From Utricularia gibba (Eukaryota > Plantae > Magnoliophyta), in contig NEEC01000008.1 in assembly GCA_002189035.1 (NCBI GenBank), forward strand, positions 3,286,001 through 3,350,000: a stretch of 64,000 nucleotides of DNA, written 5' to 3'. Below are positions 14,801 through 26,300 of this stretch, piece after piece. The notes below the pieces were generated by a model, which saw only the letters and a list, made by a program, of their open reading frames with translations, was not told the origin of the DNA and ran no database searches. Position 1 is the stretch's first letter, and each line of letters opens with the position of its first letter. A program made the translations under genes and the position numbers.

Positions 14801-16641
14801 GTATACAGATCAATTTGAGAGGCTTGGATGGTGTTCAAGGCCCAGTTTATGTGGGTACAGGGTGTGTCTTTAACAGAACAGCATTATATGGTTATGAACC
14901 TCCACACAAACCGAAGTCCAAGAGGACTGCAATTTTGTCATCCTGTTTTGGAAGATCAAAAGATAAGAGTTCTAGGTCTAGCAAGAAGGGGTCAAGTAAA
15001 AAGAAGTCTAACAAGCCTGTTGATCCGACTGTTCCTATTTTTAGCTTGGACGATATAGAGGAGGGAATTGAAGGTATTCATTTGCTCCCTCTGGCATTAT
15101 GAATTTTTTTGTGCTGTAATGGTGTCAGTCATCTGATCCATACCCATGTATTTCAAGTTTATTTTTTCGTAGACTGTCATTTCACCCTTGATGAACTTTT
15201 GTCGGTTTTCCCTTTTCTTTTTCATGCGTTCCTTCGTTCATTAAAAATTCTTAGTGAGACTTTTCTGAATATGTTTTTGCCTTATCTGTGCTAATACTTC
15301 TTTCACTATGGAACTCAGGTGCCGGGTTTGATGATGAGAAGGCATTGCTCATGTCGCAGGTGAGCCTTGAGAAAAGATTTGGCCAATCTAGTGTTTTTGT
15401 TGCATCAACATTGATGGAGAACGGTGGAGTTCCTCAATCCGCCACACCAGAGACCCTTTTGAAAGAGGCCATCCATGTTATAAGCTGTGGCTATGAAGAT
15501 AAGACAGAATGGGGAAGTGAGGTAAACGGTTATGAATGTTATCCCTGGAAAGTTTGATATTTCAGTCCTTTCAAAATCTTTCAAGTTGATTTTTCCTGGA
15601 AGCTGATAGACTGGCTCGTACCTTTTTCTTGCAGATTGGATGGATTTATGGATCTGTGACAGAAGATATTCTAACAGGTTTTAAAATGCATGCTCGTGGT
15701 TGGAGATCCATCTACTGCATGCCTCCGAGACCTGCCTTCAAGGGATCAGCTCCCATAAATCTTTCTGATCGTTTGAACCAAGTGCTCCGATGGGCTTTGG
15801 GATCAGTGGAAATTTTATTTAGCAGACATTGTCCTATATGGTATGGCTATGGTGGTAGACTGAAATGGCTTGAGAGATTCGCATACGTGAACACCACAAT
15901 ATACCCAGTCACCTCTATTCCCCTTGTGCTATATTGCACTCTGCCAGCAGTTTGCTTGCTTACAGGGAAGTTCATCATCCCACAGGTCAGTGCCCCTGGT
16001 AAATGCACTCCCTATTCAAACCCTCAGAATGTGCTCAAGAACATAACTTTTTGCAGATCAGCAACCTTGCAAGCATCTGGTTTTTGTCCCTCTTTCTCTC
16101 CATCTTTGCCACCGGGATACTGGAAATGAGATGGAGTGGTGTTGGGATCGATGAATGGTGGAGGAATGAGCAGTTTTGGGTCATCGGAGGCGTCTCAGCT
16201 CACCTCTTCGCAGTCATCCAAGGTCTGCTCAAGGTTCTGGCCGGAATAGACACCAACTTCACAGTCACCTCCAAAGCATCTGATGAAGATGGAGATTTTG
16301 CCGAGCTCTACATGTTCAAATGGACCACCCTCCTGATTCCACCCACCACTCTCCTCATAGTGAACTTGGTCGGAGTGGTCGCCGGAATCTCGTATGCCAT
16401 CAACAGCGGATACCAAGCATGGGGGCCTCTGTTTGGCAAGCTGTTCTTCGCCTTCTGGGTGATCGTCCATCTCTACCCCTTCCTGAAAGGCCTCATGGGT
16501 CGCCAGAACCGCACTCCGACCATCGTCGTCGTCTGGTCGATCCTCCTCGCCTCAATCTTCTCCTTGTTGTGGGTTCGGGTGGATCCCTTCACCACCAGCT
16601 TCTCCGGTCCTGATGTTCATGAGTGTGGAATCAACTGCTGA
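11858..16641 (+). CDS. CESA3: Cellulose synthase catalytic subunit CESA3-like (1-nt frame break at 12532-12538)
   Basis: RING zinc finger (CQIC...[18 protein letters not shown]...CPQCKT), DDG, DCD, TED, QVLRW, TM helices, C-terminal CGINC; [18 protein letters not shown] context typical of CESA3. Confidence 0.93.
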
Positions 16642-16972
16642 AACCATGAGCTGTGGATACTCCTAAGGAAGGTGTAAAATTCAAGTCTTTGGAGCCATAT
16701 GGCCTTGTCTGGATTTTTATCGGAGATTTTTTGAAAATAGAAAATTAATAATTTAAAATTATTGATTTTTAGAAAATTCACATTCCTACGGATCTATAAG
16801 GAAATTGCTTGTTATTTATTTTGTTGAAAATGAAATTATAAATATGAGGGGTTGAAATGCAATAAGACAAAACGTGAGGCTCAATTGAAAATAATAATGG
16901 ATACAGAGGCAAATATGATATATGGACAAACTTTTGAGGTTCAACTGCAAATATGATGAATTCATGATGATG

Positions 16973-17104
16973 TAGGGTTTAAGACGTAGTGAGAGGGTGG
17001 CCACCAGTAGACGGGAGTCGCAAAGCTGCGGCGCTGTTGAAGCGAGGTTCAGGTAATCCGGCCCATTTCCTGTACTAGTTCCCGGGAAGGGCTTTCTAGG
17101 GTTT
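16973..17104. promoter_or_regulatory. Telo-boxes upstream of and in the leader of NOG1
   Basis: TAGGGTTT at 16973-16980 and 17097-17104; telo-boxes are typical of ribosome-biogenesis genes. Confidence 0.6.
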
Positions 17105-17556
17105 CACGGCGGGAAGCTGATCTTCCTTTTTTGTGGATTTGGTTTGCAGATTTCAGAAGGTGTTTTTTTACCATTGATTTTTTGGATGAATTCTGAGAAG
17201 TCCTTTTTTCATGTGTTGTTTTTAGATTTGATCGGTTTCTTTTAGATTTTTGCATCGTGAATTTTTTTCTTTTCGTATTCGTATTTCTTTGCAATCTGAT
17301 ACGAGTTTTCTCGTAGTTTGGGTGGATGATTGCTTGACGGCAGTTACTTTTTAGATGATTATCTCTAGATTTTTGTTTGATTTGCTGTTTTTGGTTCACT
17401 TAAACCATTAGTTGTAGGAAATCTTCAGCTGTTCAGCGTCTTAATTTAGCATTTTGTTTGATTCCAGAGTGTCTGTTTCTTTCATAATGATTTTCTGTTT
17501 CTTCCTCGAGAACTGAATAGATCTCTGTTTTTCATGCAGTTTATTGAAGAATAAAC

Positions 17557-19584
17557 ATGGTGAATTACAATTTCAAGAAGATTACTGTTGTGCCAACAGG
17601 GAAGGATTTTATAGATATCATTCTCTCCCGTACACAGCGGCGGACTCCGACCCAGGTTCACAAGGGATATGCTATTTCACGGCTCAGGCAATTCTACATG
17701 CGAAAAGTGAAGTTCGCTCAACAGAATTTCAATGAAAAGCTGTCGACCATTATTGATGAGTTTCCACGGCTCGATGATATCCATCCTTTTTATGGAGATC
17801 TGCTGCATGTCCTGTACAACAAGGATCATTATAAACTTGCCCTGGGACAGATCAACACTGCAAGGAACCTGATTGGTAAGATTGCCAAGGACTATGTTAA
17901 GCTGCTGAAGTTTGGAGACTCTCTTTATCGTTGCAAATCATTAAAGGTTGCTGCCCTCGGACGTATGTGCACTGTAATCAAGCGGATTGGCCCTAGCTTG
18001 GCATATCTTGAACAGATAAGGCAGCACATGGCAAGGTTACCGTCGATTGATCCAAATACCAGAACCATTTTGATCTGTGGGTATCCCAATGTTGGAAAGA
18101 GTTCTTTCATCAACAAAATCACCAGGGCTGATGTGGATGTTCAGCCATATGCCTTCACGACAAAGTCATTATTTGTTGGCCATACTGACTACAAGTATCT
18201 GAGATACCAGGTTATTGATACTCCAGGAATTTTGGATAGGCCGTTTGAAGATCGCAATATCATAGAGATGTGTAGCATAACAGCACTTGCCCATCTAAGG
18301 GCTGCAGTGTTGTTTTTCCTTGATATCTCCGGTTCCTGTGGATATAGCATTGCCCAGCAGGCAGCTCTTTTCCACAGCATAAAATCGCTGTTCATGAACA
18401 AGCCATTGATCATTGTCTGTAATAAAACAGACTTGCAGTCTTTACAAGGGTTATCTGAGGAGGATATGAAGATAGTGATGGAGATGAAGTCAGAAGCTAT
18501 GAAAACTGTAATTGGTCAAGGAGGTGAGCCACTTGATGAAGAGAGCGTGCTCCTAACCATGAGTACATTGACTGAGGAGGGTGTGATTGCAGTAAAAAAT
18601 GCAGCCTGCGAAAGATTGTTGAATCAAAGAGTGGAGATGAAAATGAAATCAAAAAAGATGAATGACTGCCGTAATCGTATCTATGTTGCTGAACCAAAAC
18701 CCCGAGACAACAAGGAAAGGGCGCCGTGTATCCCGCAGGCTGTTCTTGATGCCAAGGCTAAAGAAGCTGAGATCTCTGCCCAGAAAGAGAAGAGGAAACT
18801 AGAGAAGGATCTGGAAAATGAGAATGGTGGAGCCGGCGTATACTCTGCTAGCCTGAAGAAGAACTATATCTTGGCAAATGAGGAATGGAAAGAAGATGTG
18901 ATGCCTGAGATTCTTGATGGCCACAATGTATACGACTTCATTGATCCTGATATATTGCTACGGCTCGAGGAGCTGGAGCGAGAAGAAAGTGTTCTTCAGG
19001 GTCTCGGAGAAAATGATGATTTTGAAATAGATGGATACGAGCTTTCACCTGAAGAAAAAGCCATCCTGACAGAGATCCGGAGAAAGAAAAGCTTGCTCAT
19101 TCAACAGCACAGGATAAAGAAGAGCACTGCAGAAAGCCGGCCAACTGTGCCCAGGAAGTTTGACAAGGACAGAGAATTCACAACCGAAAGGATGGGGAGG
19201 CAGTTATCATCTCTTGGACTCGATCCAACCAAGGCAATCAATCGAGCTCGTAGTAAATCCCGGGGACGTAAGAGAGAAAGGTCTGTTGACGATCGCATGG
19301 AAGTGGATGAAGCCCTAACAAAGGTGCAAAAGGTTAGCCGGAGTAAGAACGCTGGCCACAGATCAAGAAGTGCATCAAGAGAACCCTATAATCTGAGTTC
19401 CAGAGTACCATCTGATCTCCTACCAACAGACAGTGTGAAAAGGTCGCTCAAGAAGGCCAAGACTGCAGACAAGAAAAGGAGCAAGAATGCTCGCAAAGGC
19501 GAAGCAGACAGAGTCATTCCCAATCTCAAACCAAAGCACCTGTTTTCCGGCAAGCGCTCCACCGGGAAAACGCAGAGGCGTTAA
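17557..19584 (+). CDS. NOG1: Nucleolar GTP-binding protein 1 (intronless CDS, 5'UTR intron)
   Basis: 675-aa ORF; G1 GYPNVGKS, G2 YAFTT, G3 DTPG, G4 NKTD; NOGCT C-terminus ...PKHLFSGKRSTGKTQRR. Confidence 0.97.
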   Translation: MVNYNFKKITVVPTGKDFIDIILSRTQRRTPTQVHKGYAISRLRQFYMRKVKFAQQNFNEKLSTIIDEFPRLDDIHPFYGDLLHVLYNKDHYKLALGQINTARNLIGKIAKDYVKLLKFGDSLYRCKSLKVAALGRMCTVIKRIGPSLAYLEQIRQHMARLPSIDPNTRTILICGYPNVGKSSFINKITRADVDVQPYAFTTKSLFVGHTDYKYLRYQVIDTPGILDRPFEDRNIIEMCSITALAHLRAAVLFFLDISGSCGYSIAQQAALFHSIKSLFMNKPLIIVCNKTDLQSLQGLSEEDMKIVMEMKSEAMKTVIGQGGEPLDEESVLLTMSTLTEEGVIAVKNAACERLLNQRVEMKMKSKKMNDCRNRIYVAEPKPRDNKERAPCIPQAVLDAKAKEAEISAQKEKRKLEKDLENENGGAGVYSASLKKNYILANEEWKEDVMPEILDGHNVYDFIDPDILLRLEELEREESVLQGLGENDDFEIDGYELSPEEKAILTEIRRKKSLLIQQHRIKKSTAESRPTVPRKFDKDREFTTERMGRQLSSLGLDPTKAINRARSKSRGRKRERSVDDRMEVDEALTKVQKVSRSKNAGHRSRSASREPYNLSSRVPSDLLPTDSVKRSLKKAKTADKKRSKNARKGEADRVIPNLKPKHLFSGKRSTGKTQRR

Positions 19585-20333
19585 CCCAGACACCGTATTT
19601 GAAATTCTTCGTCAATTTTGGGTACTTTTACTGCTGTGTTTTATACTTTTGGCAATTTTCAATGATTGTATTGCTTGATTAATCAACAAATCAAATCGAT
19701 ATTTAGATTTAATCAATCACGCAATTAGTTTTTTAAAATAAGGGTACTTGCGTCATTTACAAATTTAATATTTGATTTGCTATATAATTTCATTAGGAAT
19801 TTTAAAATAGGGGAAGCAGCCTGTAGGGGCAATTTGGTAATTGATTGTCAACTGGGGACCACCAGATTAAACATTAATGATAGGAATCTTCTTCACATTC
19901 TAAAAGAATTACCGTGGGTTAAGAAATTAATTAAAGCGGATTAATTAAACAGCTCATCGGCTCCTCCCCATTTGTTGCCCGTTGGTGATGAGTACCTTTC
20001 TTGCTCACCTGTACACGGTTTCACGTTTCTCTCCTCTGACTCCCATTCCTTTCATGAACTCCATCAACGTCTGAAAGTTTCCCCATCTTTGTTCACCTGC
20101 ATCATCCATCTCCTGATTGAGGGGTGCCCACCTTCCAGGTGACTACTTTTTTTTGTTTTTCAACGGCATTATTGGAATTATTTCGAGGAATGGATGGAAA
20201 CCCAGGTCGTTTCTGGTTTTGATTTCGGTCATTTGTTCTGAGGGCTTCATTTTTCTTGTGGGATGCCGTCAGGGGTTTAAAGGGTAGAGGTTACGCTGCA
20301 GGGTTCCCGGGGAATTGCCAAAATCTAACCGAC

Positions 20334-23300
20334 ATGGATGAGTAAGTTTTTCCTTATGTTTCAGTGCTTAATGTGGCGGATGTTGCTTGGAATTATGATG
20401 CTTACTTTAGTTCAGGGATCTGTGATGAACAGCATTTGTGTTTCCTTTTATAGGGAGAGTGAAGTGGAATTTTTGCAAAGATATCGGCGGGATCGGCGTG
20501 TATTGCTAGATTTCATACTATCGGGTAGTCTGATAAAGAAGGTGGTGATGCCGCCAGGTGCAGTGTCGTTGGATGATGTGGATCTCGATCAAGTCAGTGT
20601 AGATTACGTCCTTAATTGTGCTAAGAAAGGTGATCAGTTTGGAATGTAAATTCTGCTGGTCCAGTTATGGCTATGTATCATAGTTGAATGAAAAACACCT
20701 GTATTCTACTAAAATTGTTGTTATTTTCCTTTTTAGGTGATTTACTTGAGCTCTCAGAAGCTATACGGCATTTTCATGATGTTTCTTTATTCCCCAGTGT
20801 GGTAATATTCCCGTTTCAAGATCTGATTCTTATTTAGTATCTAAATCTGCTCATAATAAATCTCTTTTCACTTGTGAATTTTTTCCTGCCATCAATATAA
20901 TTGGACTTAGTGTTCCATCTAACCTTCGGTTTTCCAAAAAAGAATGATACAGGTTCTAACAGTGAGTTCTTTCTAGTCACGGACCCTTGTTCTTCTGGTT
21001 CCCCTCCTAAGAGGGGGCCTCCTCCAGTACCTCTTCCGGTTTCAGCACCAATTATGTCCAATCTTGCGATCTCAGAACCTGTTGAGAATGGAAATTTTTC
21101 AGAATCACAACTTTTGTCAAGATCTGTGTCTCTTAGTTCTTCCCAACCCAAAGAACTGACTGTTGATGACATAGAAGATTTTGATGATGAACCGATTGAG
21201 AGCCGTAGATACTCTAGAAGAGTTCTAAATGATGCTTCCGACTTTGTACTCAGATTGCCTTCATTTGCCACTGGTATATGTACTTTCATATTCTTAGGCA
21301 TTTTATTCTTCCTATTAGATGTCAGTGATTATCTCTTGAGCAATCAAACTCTGTGCTGATCTACAATGGGATCTTATGGGTTGAAAAGGATGCAGCCACT
21401 GTATGCTCATGTATTTGATAAAAATTTTGGCTAATAGTCTTTTATCCTTTAATTTTTTTTGTGTCACACACTTCTTTAGTTGACTCTGTGGCCTCTTACT
21501 CTGTTTTAGGTATTACTGATGATGATCTTCGTGAAACTGCATATGAAATCCTTCTTGCTGCTGCCGGAGCTTCAGGGTATCTTAACTTTACAGTATTATT
21601 TTTCTACTCCATCCTTAAATGATAATACTAATAAATTTACCATTAGATTCAATATATAAACTTGCATACCTCAAATATAGTTGACCTTAAATTGTGGGCA
21701 AAAAGGTGTAGCTTTGTGTTTTTATATCTGGCACCAATTATATTATTGCATTTCATGGTTTTTTTTTCTCTGGTTTATACATTTAAACAGAGGACTTATA
21801 GTCCCATCAAGGGAAAAGAAGAAAGAGAAGAAGTCTAGCCTGATGAAGAAATTGGTCAGAAGTAGGACTGATAGTGCAGCAGTTCAACCTCACCAACCTA
21901 ATGGGTTGGTTGGCCTCTTAGAGACAATGCGTGTTCAGATGGAGGTACTTGTTTAATGCAGCTATGCCGTGCCTGCCTTTTTGAGACAACTAGACTTTAG
22001 AGACCTGATGGGCTCGAATCACAGTTTACATCATACAAGTAAAAAAGCATTATTCAATGCCCTGATATCTCATTTGGCCATTTTTCCATAAGCATAACGG
22101 TTGCAGCATTTTATTCATTTTTCTCATTTGCAAGTTTATGCTTTATTATTGTTACTCCAGCGGCATGAAGCGACAGATGAGATGTTTTCTTATCTCAGAG
22201 TTTGAATCAATGAAAATTCTGTCAACTTTCATCTTTGTCATTGCATACCACCATTCTCTTTATGAGTTTGTTTAAGGCATATTGAATTTCTATTCAATCA
22301 CATTTTTTCTCTGCAAATTCTTATCCCCAGACATTTGTTTGTGTATGAGGGTGTCAAATGAGGAGAGGGAACTTGTTACATTGTTTATTATTCATGATGT
22401 AGATCTCTTATCATGGGTTGGTAGAATATCAGACATGAAAACCCATCAAGTCCTGTTTTAACGCATGCACTACTGCTTTTGTACCCTATATGACCAGATT
22501 TCTGAAGAAATGGACATCCGAATAAGACGTGGGATTCTAAATGCTATGGTTGGAAAAGTAGGGAAAAGAATGGACTCTCTGCTAATTCCACTGGAATTGT
22601 TGTGTTGCATATCCCGCACAGAATTTTCAGACAAGAGATCCTACATAAAATGGCAGAAGAGACAAGTGAGCGTTCCTCCTCCTCCTCTTCCTCCCATATG
22701 TCTCATGCATGTTTATTCAGTGCTCTTGTTTAAATGGGGGAAAAACAGTCCACTTCCTTAACTGTATACGTTATGACAGGTAGTAAAATTTGTTTGGTAG
22801 GACAGTTTAATTTGTTTGGGATTAGAAGCTGGTGGGATTACTTTGCATAGAAATGAAAATTTTGTTAAAACTTAGATGTATTTAGTAGAGTGCTATTTAA
22901 GCAAAAATTAGTTATCATGAGTTTGGTACAAAGTTTTCTAATTGAATTTATGGCTCAAGGGAAATCTCTTTTAGATTAAGAGGATAACTGCATCTTTTAG
23001 GCCATGAGATTCGTGAAACTCATTTAGGAGGGTTTCTGTTTCGCTATAAATTATGCATTAAATAAATTTTTTAAATATATCTAATCTAAATATCACTTTA
23101 AACCAAATACATGATTAATGTATGTTATTTCACATAACTAACCTTTCATGTTCTACCAAACATGCCCTAATTGATAGTTCTTTTATGTTTATGTAGACCA
23201 CTGCTTTGGTGTGCTTTTTTTATCGCTTCTGCAATTGTTCTTTGAGAAATGCGTTTCTTCCTGTTCCTCATTGTATCTGCTCTTTTACTTTTTAATTGTG

Positions 23301-26300
23301 CCCTAATTTGATGTCAGTCCAGTTAAACATCTTAGAAGAAGGACTCATCAACCATCCCATTGTTGGATTTGGAGAAGCTGGAAGAAAAGGAAATGATTTA
23401 AGAATTCTTCTGGCAAAGATTGAAGAGTCTGAGGTTATAAGAATTCTTGAGTTACTCATTTGCGAATGAAATCATTTAACAATGTTTTACAGAAAATGGG
23501 ATGTGCACATATGCAGTCACCACATGATGCTTGACTACTGATTATCTAATCACACTATTCAATTTTATTTCACTAGCAAGCTTGTTGTGTCTTCTGGCTA
23601 GAAGGCATAAAATAAGGTTATATTTGTATCCTTCTCTCTGATTGAAGTCATATTGCTTTTTATGTACACCTTTCTCTAGACTCTTCCTTCTGGTGCGGGT
23701 GATATTCAGAGAGCTGAATCTCTGAGATCGGTAAGAGATATAGCTAGTGAACTTGCTGAACGTCCTGCAAGAGGTGATTTGACTGGCGAAATATGCCACT
23801 GGGCTGATGGGTATTACTTGAACGTCAAGCTGTATGAGAAGCTATTGCTTAGTGTGTTTGATGTTTTAGATGAAAGCAAGCTCACAGAGGTCTGTCATTT
23901 TTTTTTCATTTTTTATATGTTTTTATAAAAATTTGTGTCACACTGGAGATAATGTTTTTTCCATTTCCAGGAAGTTGAGGAAATGTTGGAGCTTTTCAAG
24001 TCTACGTGGCATATATTAGGAATCACAGAAACAATTCACTATACCTGCTATTCTTGGGTGCTATTTCGGCAGGTAGTTTTGAGGATTTTTGATAAAAGTA
24101 GATGAATAATCAATAAGATGATCTCTTATTGCAATAGGCATTTTTTTTTAGCGTTAACTGTAAATACTTTATAGTTCTTTCAATTCAGTGATGCATCTTT
24201 TTCACGTGGAGTTTTTTTTTTTTTTTTCACAAAAGATGGTCGTTTCTCTGTCATAACCTTCTAACATGCTAACTTTTACTTGCGTAGCTCTGATCCCTTA
24301 TTTAATGAGTGGAAATACTCTGATCAGTATAATATGGTTGCAGTTTGTCATGACTGGTGAGCTGGATGTCCTTCAGCATGCTGTTCAAAATTTGAAGAAA
24401 ATACCTTTGAAGGATCAACGAGGCCCCACAGAAAATTTGCACCTGAAAAGCCTGAGTTGTAGGGTGACTAATGAGAAGGGCTCACAGGAGCTCACATTTG
24501 TGCAGTCATTCCTGTTACCAATAATGAATTGGGCCGATACTAGATTGGCCGATTATCATTTCCATTTTCCTGAGGTATTAATTCTTGAATTTATTAGGAT
24601 GGATGGTTTATTGTGATTGATTTGATTTTTTGCACTCTCCGTGTTTCAGGATACTAGGATGATGGAGAGCATAGCCCTTGTTGCCATGGTGGTAAGGAGG
24701 CTTCTTCTAGAAGAACCTCACTTGGTAAGTCTATCTTGGCATTCTCGATATGTATTTTCTTTCTGCTATTGTATCCCAGTTTCTACTGTAGATCATGGAT
24801 GATCCCAGTTGTAAACATGTGTTGATGTGATGTCAGAAGGTTGCATCATGCGATCAATTTAACATATGGGCCATTTTGAAAAAACATGCCTGGGCATGCT
24901 TGAGATGTTTACTGCAGGAACATGTGATAAGTTTTGCTTCTCCCTGAAATCATACTTTTTTCCAGTCATCGCAGGGCTTGCCTCTGACAGACACAGAGCA
25001 GATAGAAATGTATGTGTCGGCTTCAACTAAACATGCTTTTACTAGAGTAAGTATTTTAATTTTGAATTCCTGTTCTGAAGCTAGGAATTGGATTAGAATT
25101 TGGAATAAAAAAAAAAACTTTAGCCTAGCCCGATGTACATTAAGATCCTTTTGATTTGCTGAGAGAAAAGGGGAGTACTTGTATTCAAAAACCTCTTAAG
25201 GAAAAGATACAAACTTATGAATCTGCCTCCTTTTCTTAGATGCAGATTAGGCATTTTATCATCTGATTTCTTTTCTTCTTTTTAATGTAGATTGCACAGG
25301 ATGTTGAAACATTGTCTAGTGTGTCAAATGAACATCCTCTTTCAATACTTGCTGAACATGCAAAGAAGGTTTTGAAAAGAGAGACAGTCATGTACTTACC
25401 GATATTGCACTCACGCCATCATGGTGCTGGTGCAGTGTCAGCATCTCTTGTTCACAAGCTTTATGGAGTCAAACTGGTAATTTGAGTCTTGATGTTTAAC
25501 AGGGCAGAATATAGACTGATCTGTAATCTTTCCCATTCAGAAACCATTCTTGGATGGTGCTGAACATCTTACTGAGGATGCTGTCTCTGTGTTCCGTGCT
25601 GCTGATGATCTTGAACGAAATGTAATCACTGTCATCTTGTCAACATGTGAAGAAGGAACTGCAGAGGCTTATCGTAAAAAACTGAGCTTGTACAGAGTAT
25701 GGTCTGCTTTTGTGACCTTAGTTTCTACTTTTCTGCATTGTATTTTTTTTTACATGGTTTTTTTGGCATATTTTGGAAATACCTTTGATGTTGGGGGACT
25801 ATTTTTTATTTGGTTGGTTTTTTAATGAGTTTGATGTTAAAAGTATTTAGTCCCTTGGATCTTTTTCAGATAGAAGTGATATCTGGAACATTGGTTCAAC
25901 GATGGATTAATGCACAGCTTGGAAGAATTGCATCTTGGACTGAGAGGGTTTTTCACCAGGAGGTAATCCTTGTCTTTTGTTTTTCTAGTGATTCCAAAAA
26001 TTTATATACATGCAGTACTTCATGGATCTCATGTTCAACTGTCTGATGTTCAAATTTCATGCTGGGGTCATACTTCAAGATTTTAAGGGAAATGCAGGAA
26101 TTTGTTTATCTACCGTGATATGGATGTTGTTGTAGAACAACCTGATGTTCATATCAAGTGCTATTAACTAGTGCTGCTTGTTTTATGTATTCTTCTTGTT
26201 TCTCCAGAACTGGTTACCAGTATCTACTCAGCACAGGCATGGAAGCTCAATTGTTGAAGTCTATAGGATTGTTGAGGAGGTTCACATTTTATTGTGATTA

